Below are positions 1-12,000 of a stretch of 64,000 nucleotides of DNA, piece after piece. Source of the stretch: Balanoglossus misakiensis (taxonomy: Eukaryota; Animalia; Hemichordata). Under the pieces are notes generated by a model. It had not been told where the DNA came from, did not search any database, and saw only the letters and a list, made by a program, of their open reading frames with translations. The stretch is taken from contig JBECUI020000044.1 of the NCBI GenBank assembly GCA_040954595.2, positions 1-64,000 of the forward strand. Direction: 5' to 3'. Position numbers and translations under genes: made by a program. Numbering within the stretch: position 1 is the first letter of the stretch; each line of letters begins with the position of its first letter.

Positions 1-3000
1 ATCATAGGCGGTGGCAGCCATGATGCCCCCATCACCATAGACAGCAGCATACCGACCACGACGATCAGGATAGACAGCATCAGCAATGATAGCGGCACTG
101 CAGACGACTTTATCACCAATGATAATAACGGCTTGACGATAATAGCCACCTTAAGTGCGGCATTAGTGGCAGACGAGCACCTAGAGTACAGCACAGATGG
201 TGTGACTTGGGTGGATATTAGCAGTTCTGTTGCGGGCACAAGCATCAGCCATACGGATGATACACTGACAACTACAACAACGATACAGATGCGCATCACC
301 GATGCCGCAGGCAATAAGGCACCGGTAACAAGCAGGCTTATTACCATAGACAGCAGCATACCTGTCACCCCCACCTTGTCTTTGGCAGCCGACACAGGCG
401 CAGATGGTGATGATAAGATAACGACAGATGGCACGATAGCAGTCGCTGGATTAGAGCCGGGCGGGATATGGGAGTATAAGGTCGGCGGGTCCAATAGTGC
501 TTGGCAAAGTGGCAGCGGTACGAGTTTTGTTGTGGCGGAAGGTGAGTATAATGTTTTGGATATTTTTGTACGGCAGTTTGACCGTGCCGGCAACGTGTCT
601 GCCACGGCCCTATTTGAGCCATTCACTGTAGATACCACAGCCCCCACCGTAAGCACAGCCGTATTGACAGGCGAGGATGCCCAAGGCACAAGCAAGACTA
701 ATCTTGCGACAGGTGATAGCATCGTGGTCACTGTTACGATGAGTGAGGGTGTCACGGTCACCGGCACCCCGGGCTATACCATTGATGTCGGTGGCCAGTC
801 TCGGCTTGCTGCGTATGATGCGGTCCGTTCAAGCGGCAACCAGATTGTATTTAGCTACACCCTTGCTGATACGGATATAGACAAAACCGGCGGCATTACG
901 GCGGCTGCTAATGCCCTTGGTATTGGGGGGGGGGGGGGTACAAGACATTGCAGGCAATGATGCGGACGTAAGCGTATCAGCGATCGCAGCCGACAGCAAT
1001 GCGATCACAGTTGTACTTGCATCAAAGATCATCACGCTTAGCTTCCCAAACGATGGCCCGTACGGCATTGGTGATGTTCTTACCCTTACCCTAACCGTCC
1101 AAGACGATGGCGCACACCCTATGATCAATTATCCGGTACGATAGGCGGCCACGCTGTCGGTAACTTACAACGGATTGATAGCACTCATATACCTTTGATC
1201 TAACGATATCAGAGGCAGGTCAAGACTTTGCTGCCGATGAGGATATCGCCGTTGCGCTGTATCTAGGCGGCGGTGCTGCCGGTGATGCGGATGATTTTGC
1301 CGTATACGCAACACCGATCAGCGCAGATAATGATGCCATTGATGCGACTGCCCCCACCGTAAACACAGTCGTATTAACAGGTGAGGATGCCCAAGGTACC
1401 GGTAAGACCGGCCTTGTGACCAATGATAGCATCGTGGTCACTGTTACGATGAGCGAGGATGTCACGGTCACGGGCAACCCCGGCTATCGCATTGATATCG
1501 GCGGCCAGTCTCGGCTTGCTGCGTATGATACGGTCCGTTCAAGCGGCAACAGGATTGTATTTAGCTATACCCTTACCGATACGGATATAGATAAAACCGG
1601 CGGCATTACGGCGGCTGCCAATGCCCTTGATGTATCAGGGGCTACGATACAGGACGCAGCAGGCAATGATGCAGACGTGAGTGTGCCAGCAGTCGCAACT
1701 GATAATAATGCGATCACCGCCAACGATATACTGCCCGCATCAAGGATCATCGCGCTTAGCTTCCCAAACGATGGCCCGTATGGCATTGGCGATGTTCTTA
1801 CCCTTACCCTAACCGTCCAAGACGATGGCGGCACGTCCTATGATCAATTCTTCGGTACGATAGGCGGCCATGCTGTCAGCAACTTATTGCGGTTTGGCAA
1901 CACCCAATATACCTTTAATCTGACGATATCAGCAGCAGGTCAAGACTTTGCCGCAGATGAGGATATCACGCTTGGTCTTTATCTAGGCGGCGGTGCTGTT
2001 GGTGATGCGGATGGTTTGCCGTATACGCAACACCGATCAGCGCAGACAATGATGCCATTGATATTACCCCACCGAACGCCCCGACGGCACTGATGCTTGC
2101 TGCAGCAGATGATAGCGGTATCGCGCAAGACGGTATCACCAACCTAAGCACCCCCGACCCTCACCGGTATGGCAGAGGCAAATAGCACGGTGACCTTATA
2201 CGGTACAGATGGCGCAACAGTGCTTGCAACCGTCACGGCAGGGGCAGACGGTACTTTTAGTGCCACGGTTACGCTTAGCGAAGGGGCGCATACCCTCACG
2301 GCTGCGGCGACCGATGCGGTAGGTAATATCAGCACGCTAAGCGACCCGTTTACGCTCATGATAGATACCACCGCACCTCGCCGCCTTGACTTGGATGGCG
2401 CATCCGCAGGCGATACCTATGCCGCTGTTGCCACCTCCGCCACCCTACAAGCAGGCGTTGCCATAAGCCACCAAGTAAGCGCACCCCCCACGCCCCGCAG
2501 GCAGCAGGGAAATTAGTTGATGGTCAAGATGGTGCAATAATAGGCAACCCCTATGACCTTGATACGGTGGTCATAAATGGTGCGACCTATGCGGTGGTGG
2601 CAAGTCGTACCGGCAACGCCATACAGATTGTTGATATCAGTAATCCGGCAAATCCCATCCCTGTGAGTAGTCTGACGGATGCTGATGGCGGCGGCAGGGA
2701 ATTAGCATTAAATGACCCCATCGGCGTTAAGATCGTGACCATCCCTGATGCGACTACCGGTATTGCCAAGCCCTATGCGGTGGTTACAAGCAAGAGCGGC
2801 GATGACGGCGTACAGATTATTGATATCAGTGACCCGGCGAACCCTGTGGCGGCAGGCACCTTGCTTGATGATGCCAACACGGAATTAGACGGGGCACAAG
2901 GTCTTGATATTGCGGTCATAAACGGTGCGACCTATGCGGTGGTGGCAGGCAATGACGACGATGGCGTACAGATTATTGATATCAGCGACCCGGCTGCGCC

Positions 3001-6000
3001 TACCGCAGTGAGCAGCTTGACGGATACCGCCGACACGGAATTAGACGGTGCCCGTGATGTTCAGATCGTAGTCATCCCTGATGTCGCAGGTAATGATAAG
3101 ACCTATGCGGTGGTGGCAGGCAATGACGACGATGGCGTACAGATTATTGATATCAGCGACCCAGCTAATCCTGTGGCTGTGAGCAGCCTGACAGATACTG
3201 CCGGCAGGAACCTAAACGGCGCTTTTAGTATTGCCATCGCGGTCATAAACGGTGCGACCTATGCGGTGGTGACAGCTTTTGATGATGACGGCATACAGAT
3301 TGTTGATATCAGCGACCCGGCTAACCCTGTGGCTATGGGCCGGCTTACGGATACCGCAGGCACGGCATTAAACGGTGCCAGCGGCATTGCTATCGTCGTC
3401 ATCGGTGGTGCGACCTATGCGGTGGTGACAGGCCTTAATGATAATGCCGTGCAGGTTATTAATATCAGCGACCCGGCTAATCCTGTGGCGGTAGACAGGT
3501 TGGTGGATACTAGCGACAGGGAATTAACCCAGGCGGTTGCCGTTAAGACCGTCGTCATAGACGGTGCGACCTATGCGGTGGTGGCAGGTTCTGCTGATAA
3601 CGGCATACAGCTGATACAGCTTGATGGTAAAGACATACAAGCGATTACCATCACCCTGTCGGGCACAGGCTTTGCCGCTGCCGCCAACGAGTTCTTCGCC
3701 CATCACGACGGCACACAGATGCAGCGCTTATTCTCACTAGAGGCAGATCAAGCCCTTACTGATCAGACCATCGGTACTGTCGCCGGTCTGTCGCTTGTGT
3801 GGACGGCGGCCCGCAAAAAGCTTGACCCTCTCTAAGACAGATGGCAGTGTATTAACAAGCACAGAGACGGCTGCTGTCATAGATGCTCTGCGCTATCAAG
3901 ATGCCTCAAGTAATCACGATAATCAAATTAGTTTCGCAGTGAGCCTTACCGATGTGGCAGGCATACCACGAGCACTACCACTACGATAACCGTCAATGAC
4001 CTAACACCCGTAGTGACTTCCGCAACCCTCCCCAATACACCAATGAAGGTGGGTGATACGGTCACCCTCACCCTCACCATAGATGCAAATAGCATCATAG
4101 CAGGTGAGACCTTGAGCTTGGTTGCCGGCAGCCATGTCAACGGCTTTGCCTTAGAGGACTTACAAAAGCTGTCCGATACCGCATATACGGCACGCTTCAC
4201 CGTGACCGATAATGGTGCTGATGTGGCGGCAGACGCCGATATCCCGCTTTCTATACAGTTGCAAAATGAGCTAGGCGCTATCAGCACGGCATACACCACC
4301 GCGATTACTCAGGCCAATGATGGCATTGATGCTAATAGACCGAATGCACCGACGGCATTGATGCTTGCCGCCGCAGATGACACAGGGTCATCAAATAGTG
4401 ACGGGATTACCAGCCAAACCAATAATTTAACCATCACAGGCACGGCAGAGCCAAATAGCACGGTGACCCTATATGTCTTGGAGACAGGGCTTGCAACCGT
4501 CACGGCAGGGGCAGACGGCAGCTTTAGTGGCGATGTGAGGCTTGTTATTGCAGGACAATATGCCATCACGGCGACAGCGACCGATGCGGCAGGTAATGAG
4601 AGTGCGGCAAGCGACCCGCTTACCATAACAATAGATACCGCCGCACCGAACCTTGACTTGGATAGCGCATCCGCAGCTAACAGCTATGCCACTGGCGCCA
4701 CCACTACCGACCTACAAGCAGGGGTTGCCATAAGTCATCAGGCGGCTGTCAGCGAGGATAACGGTGTACAGAATATTCAGATCATCCTATCGGGCACAGG
4801 CTTTGCCGGTACCGCCGACGAGACATTAGCGCATAACAATGGCACACAGACGCAGATCTTGTTCTCACTAAACGCAAATCAAAACAGTCCAAACAGGACA
4901 GTCGGTAACCATTACCGGCCTGTCGCTTGTGTGGACGGCTACCACAAAGAGCCTGACCCTTTCCAAGACAGACGGTAGCGCATTAACAGGCACAGAGGCA
5001 AGCGAGATCATAGATGCCTTGCGCTATCAAGATGCCACCAGCAATCGCGGTTACCAAGTGCAGTTTGCGGTAACCCTCACCGATGTGGCAGGCAATACCT
5101 CCGGCACAACTACCACTACGATAACCGTCAATGACCTAACACCCGTAGTGACTTCCGCAACCCTCCCCAATACACCGATGAAGGTGGGTGATACGGTCAC
5201 CCTCACCTTCACCATAGATGTAAATAGCATCAAGCCGGGCGAGACCTTGAGCTTGGTTGCCGGCAGCCATGTCAACGGCTTTGCCTTAGAGAGCTTACAA
5301 AAGGTATCCGATATCGCATACACGGCAGACTTCACCGTGACCGAGGGCGGTGCTGATGTGGCGGCGAGTGATGATATCCCCTTTCCCTACAGTTGCAAAA
5401 TGAGGCAGGCACGCAAAGCGCGGTATATGATACTGCGATTAGCCAGCCCAATGATGGCATTGATGCCAATAGACCGAACGCCCGACGGCACTGATGCTAG
5501 ATGCCGCAGACGATACCGGTATCGCGCAAGACAATATCACCAACCAGACCACCCCGACCCTCACCGGTATGGCAGAGGCAAACAGTACCAGTGACCCTAT
5601 ACGAAGGCACAACAGTGCTCGCAACCGTCACGGCAGGGCAGACGGCAGCTTTAGTGTTGATGTGGCACTTGCCGCAGGGTGGCATGCCATCACGGCGACA
5701 GCGACCGATGCGGCAGGTAATGAGAGCGCGCCAAGCGACCCGTTTGCCCTAACAGTAGATACCACCGCACCTAGCCTTGACTTGGATCGCACATCCGCAG
5801 GCGATGCCTATGCCGCTGATACTAACCCTGCCGACCTGCAAGCAGGGCTTGCCATAAGTCACCGAGCAAGCACATCCCCGCAGGCGGCAGGGACATTAGT
5901 TGATGATGGCAGCACGGCATTAAGAGGTGCCCGTGACGTTGCTACTGTGGTCATAAATGGTGCGACCTATGCGGTGGTGGCAAGCAATGGGGACGACGGC

Positions 6001-9000
6001 GTGCAGATTGTTGATATCAGTAACCCGGCTAATCCTGTGGCTGTGGGCCGGTTGACGGATACTGCCGGTACGGCATTAAACCGTGCTCGTGGTGTTGAGA
6101 TCGTGAGCCTCACCGATGCGACCACCGGTATTGCCAAGCCCTATGCGGTGGTGGCAAGCCATGGTGATGATGGCGTACAGATTGTTGATATCAGTGACCC
6201 GGCTAATCCTGTGGCTGTGGGCCGGTTGACGCATACCGCAGGCAGGGCATTAAGAGGTGCGGAGGACGTTGCTATCGTCGTCATAAATGGTGCGACCTAT
6301 GCGCTGGTGGCAAGCTCTTGGGACGATGGCATACAGATTGTTGATATCAGTGATCCGGCTAACCCTACCGCGGTAAGCAGGCTTACGGATGCCATAGACA
6401 CGGCATTAGCCAGTGCCTATGGCGTTGCTATCGTCGTTATAAATGGTGCGACCTATGCGGTGGTCGCGTCAGGCTATCCCGACGACGGCGTGCAGATTAT
6501 TGATATCAGTGACCCGGCTCACCCTACCGCGGTAAGCAGGTTGACGGATACCGCAGGCAGGGAATTAGACGGTGCCTATGGCGTTGCTATCGCGGTCATA
6601 AACGGTGCGACCTATGCGGTGGTGACAGCTTTTGATGATGACGGCGTGCAGATTATTGATATCAGCGATCCGGCTAATCCTGTGGCGGTAAGCAGGTTGA
6701 CGGATACCGCAGGCAGGGAATTAGACGGTGCCTTTGGCATTGCTATCGTCGTCATGGGCGGTGCGACCTATGCGGTGGTGACAGGCTTTAGTGACGACGG
6801 CGTGCAGGTTATTGATATCAGTGATCCTGCTAATCCCATCGCAGTGGATGCCTTGTTGGATACTGGCGGCAGGGCATTAGGCGGTGCCCGAGGCGTTGCT
6901 ACTGTGGTCATAAATGGTGCGACCTATGCGGTGGTGGCAAGCGAGTGGGACCATGGCGTGCAACTGATACAGCTTGATGATGGCATACAAGCGATCAACA
7001 TCACCCTATCGGACACAGGCTTTGCCGGTGTTTGCTAACGAGGTATGGGCGTATGACGATGGCACACAGACACGGATCTTGTTCTCACTAGAGGCAGATC
7101 GCAACAGTACAGACAGGACAGTCGGTACCATTACCGGTCTGTCGCTGTGTGTGGACGGCTGCCACAAAGAGCCTGACTATTTCCAAGACAGACGGCAGCG
7201 CATTAACAAGTACAGAGGCGAATACGATCATAGATGCCCTGCGTTATCAAGACGGCTCAAGTAGCCCATGATGATCGAATCCAGTTGCAGTAACCTTAAC
7301 GGATGTGGCAGGCAATATCTCTGCCACAACTACTGCCACGATAACGGTTGATAACATAATGCCCACAGTGACCCAAGTGGAAATGCCTGATATGGCGATG
7401 AAGATAGGTGATACGGTCACCCTCACCATCACTATAGATGTAAATAGCATCAAGGCAGGCGAGACCTTGAGCTTGGTTGACGGCAGCCATGTCAACGGCT
7501 TTACCTTAGGAAACTGGCAAAAGGTGTCCGATACCGAATATACGGCAGACTTCACCGTGACCGGGGGCGGTACCGATAGTGCGGCAGATGAGAATATCCT
7601 CCTTTCCCTACAGGTGCAAAATGAGGCAGGTACGCAAAGTGCGGCATATGATACCCCGATTGCTCAGGCGAATGATGGCATTGATGCCAATAGACCGAAC
7701 GCCCCAACGGCACTGATGCTAGATGCAGAGGACGATACGGGGTCATCAAATAGCGACGGGGTTACCCACCAAACCGATAATCTCACCCTCGCAGGTACGG
7801 CAGAGGCAGGCAGCACGGTGAGCTTATATGATGGCACAACAGCGATAGCAACCGTCACGGCAGGGACAGACGGCAGCTTTAGTGTTGATGTGGCGCTTGC
7901 CGAAGGGCAGTATACCATCACGGCGACAGCGACCGATGCGGCAGGCAATACCAGCGCGCCCAGCGACCCGCTTGCCCTAACAGTAGATACCACAGCACCC
8001 CGCATGGACTTGGATAGCGCATCTGCAGACAATACCTATGCCGCTAGTGAGAGCTCTGCCGCCCTGCAAGCGGGGGTTGCTATCAGCGGCCAAGCAAGCG
8101 TGCAGGATGGTGGCTATATACCGCCACAGACGGCAGGGAAATTAGGCGATGCGGCATTCACATACCCCTATGGCGTTGCTACGGTGGTCATAGCCGGCAA
8201 GACCTATGCGGTGGTGACAAGCGCTTCTGATGAGTATAGTCTCCGAGCGACAATGCCGTGCATATTATTGATATCAGTGACCCGACTAACCCTACCGCGG
8301 TAAGCCGGCTCACGGATACCGCCGGCACGGCATTAGGCGGTGCCCATGACGTTGCTATCGCGGTCATAAATGGTGCGACCTATGCGGTGGTGGCAAGCGA
8401 TGATGACAACGGCATACAGATTGTTGATATCAGTGATCCGGCTCACCCTACCGCGGTAAGCCGGTTGACGGATACCGCAGGCACGGCATTAGACGGTGCC
8501 CGTGGCGTTGCTATCGTCGCCATAAATGGTGCGACCTATGCGGTGGTGGCAAGCTATAGGGACGACGGCGTGCAGATTGTTGATATCAGCGATCCGGCTC
8601 ACCCTACCGCGGTAAGCAGCTTAACAGATACCGCCTGCACGGCATTAAACGGTGCCAATGACGTTGCTATCACGGTCATAAATGATAAGACCTATGCGGT
8701 GGTCACGGCAGGCCATCCCGATAACGGCGTGCAGATTGTTGATATCAGCGATCCGGCTAACCCTGTGGCTGTGGGCCGGCTTACGGATACTGCCGGCAGG
8801 GAATTAAACGGTGCCGAAGATGTTGCTATCACGGTCATAGCAGGCAAGACCTATGCGGTAGTGGCAGCCTATGCCGACAATGGCGTGCAGATTATTGATA
8901 TCAGCGATCCGGCTCACCCTACCGCGGTAAGCAGGCTTACGGATACCGCCGGCACGGTATTAGACGGTGCCCGCAGCGTTGCTATCGCCGTCATCGGTGA

Positions 9001-12000
9001 TGCGACCTATGCGGTGGTGACGGCCTCTTGGGACAACGGCATACAGATTATTGATATCAGTGACCCGGCTAACCCTGCCGCAGTAGGCGCACGTAGGGGA
9101 GGCGGTGACTATGGCCTTGCTATCGTGACCCTCCCTGATGCCAATGGCTTTGCTCAGACCTATGCGGTGGTGACGGAGAGCAGGGCAGCATACAGTTGAT
9201 ACAGCTTAGCGATGGTAGCGGCATACAAGAGATTAACATCACCCTATCGGGCAGTGGCTTTGTTGGCGGCACTGACAACGAGGCATTAGCGCATGACGAT
9301 GGCACACAGATACAGCGCTTATTCTCACTAGAGGCAGATCAAGCCCTTGCTGACCAGACCATCGGCACCGTCGCCGGTCTGTCGCTTGTGTGGGGGGCTG
9401 CTACCGGTAGCTTGACCGTCTCTAAGACAGATGGCAGCGTATTAACAAGCAGCGAGGCGAATACGATCATAGATGCCCTGCGTTATCAAGATGCCACGAG
9501 CAGTAACGATGATCAAATCCAGTTTGCAGTGAGCACACCGATGCGGCGGGTAATACCTCTGCCACAATTACTGCCACGATAACGGTCAATAATCTAACAC
9601 CCGCAGTGGTTTCTGCAACTATTCCTAATGCGACAATGAAGGTGGGTGATACGGTCACCCTCACCCTCACCATAGATGCAAATAGCATCATAACAGGCGA
9701 GACCTTGAGCTTGCTTGCCGGCAGCCATGTCAACGGCTTTGCCTTAGGGAAACTTACAAAAGGTGTCAGATACCGAATATACAGCCAAGCTTCACCGTGA
9801 CCGAGGGTGGTATTGATGTGGCGGCAGATGCCGATATCCCCCTTTCCGTACGGCTGCAAAATGAGGCAGGCGCGCAAAGCGCGGCATACATCACCGCGAT
9901 TAGCCAAGGCAATGATGCCATTGATAGCAATACACCAATCGCCCCAACGGCACTGATGCTAGATGCGGCAAGCGATACCGGCATTGCGGCAGACGGTATC
10001 ACCCACCTAACTACCCCGACCCTCACCGGTACGGCAGAGGCAAATAGCACGGTACGCTTATACGGCACCGATGGCACAACAGTGCTCACAACAAGCCACG
10101 GCAGGGGCAGACGGCAGCTTTAGTGCCGATGTGTCACTTAGCGAAGGTGCGCATACCTTCACGGCAACAGCGACCGATGCGGCGGGTAATGTCAGCGCGC
10201 CAAGCGACCCGTTTGCCTTAACAATAGATACCACCGCACCCCCCTTGACTTGGATAGCAATCTGGCGGGCAATGCCTATGCCGCTACCGCCGCCATTACC
10301 ACCGCTGCAAGCAGGGGTTGCCATAAGCGACCAAGCAAGCGCGCGGGATGATAGCTATATACCCCCGCAGGCAGTAGGGAAATTAGGCAATGGTCAAGGC
10401 GGTGCGATATTAGACACGCCCTATGATGTTGATACGGTGGTCATAGACGGGGTGGACCTATGCGGTAGTGCCGGCACTTAATAGCCACGGCATACAGATT
10501 GTTGATATCAGCGACCCTGCCAATCCTGTGGCAAAAGGCAAGCTTACGGATACTGCCGGTACGGAATTAAACGGTGCCGCAGGCGTTAAGATCGTGACCC
10601 TTACCGATGTGACCACCGGCACAGCCAAGCCCTATGCGGTGGTGGCAAGTAATGGTGATGATGGCGTACAGATTGTTGATATCAGTGATCCTGCCAATCC
10701 TATTGCCGTAGGCAGCGTAATGATGATGCCAACACGGAATTAGACGGGGCGCAGAGCCTTGATATTGCGGTCATAGACGGCAAAACCTATGCGGTGGTGA
10801 CAGCCTATACCGACGATGGCGTACAGATCATTGATATCACCAACCCGGCAGTCCCTACTGCAGCAGGCAGGCTTGCCCATGGCAGCGATGGCAGTGTATT
10901 AGACGGTGCCCGTGATGTTAAGGTCGTGGTCATCCTGATGCCGCAGGTAATGACAAGAACCTATGCGGGTGGTGGCAGTTCGTAGCAGCAACGCCTTACA
11001 GATTATTGATATCAGCGACCCGACTACGCCTACCGCGGTAAGCCAGCTTGTGGATAATGCCGACAGGGAACTAGACGATGCCTATGGTGTTGCTATCGCG
11101 GTCATAAATGGTGCGACCTATGCGGTGGTGGCAAGCATTATTGATGATGGCGTACAGATTATTGATATCAGCAATCCGGCTAACCCTACCGCGGTCAGCC
11201 GTTTTGAACGGATACCGCAGGCACAGCATTAAACGGCGCCACCGGCGTTGCTATCGTCGTCATCGGTGATACGACCTATGCGGTGGTGACCGCTTATGCC
11301 GAGCACGGCGTACAGATTATTGATATCAGCGATCCGGCTAATCCCATCGCAGTGGATGCCCTGTTTGATAACGGCGACCGGGAATTAAACAAGGCGATTG
11401 ACGTTAAGACTGTGGTCATCGCAGGCAAGGTCTATGCGGTGGTGGCAGCGCCTGCCGATGACGGCATACAGTTGATACAGCTTAGCGATAATGATAACGG
11501 CATACAAGAGATTAACATTGCCATCACCGGTAGCGGCTTTGCCGGTGCCGACAACGAGGCATTGGCGCATGATGACGGCACGCAGACGCAGGTCTTGTTC
11601 TCACTAGGGGCAGATCAAGCCCTTAGCAATCAGACCATCGGTACCGTCGCAGGGCTGTCGCTTGCATGGACGGCTGCTACCGACAGCTTGACCCTCTCTA
11701 AGACAGACGGCAGCGCATTAACAAGCAGCGAGGCAAATACGATCATAGATGCCTTGCGCTATCAAGATGCCACGAGCAGCAACGGCAACCAAGTACAGTT
11801 TGCAGTGAGCATAACCGATGCGGCGGGCAATATCTCTGCCACAACTACTGCCACGATAACAGTTGACACAATACCCGCAGTGGTTTCCGCAACTATTCCT
11901 AATGCGACAATGAAGGTGGGTGATACGGTCACCCTTACCCTCACCATAGATGCAAATAGCATCAAGCCGGGCGAGACCTTGAGCTTGGTTGCCGGCAGTC

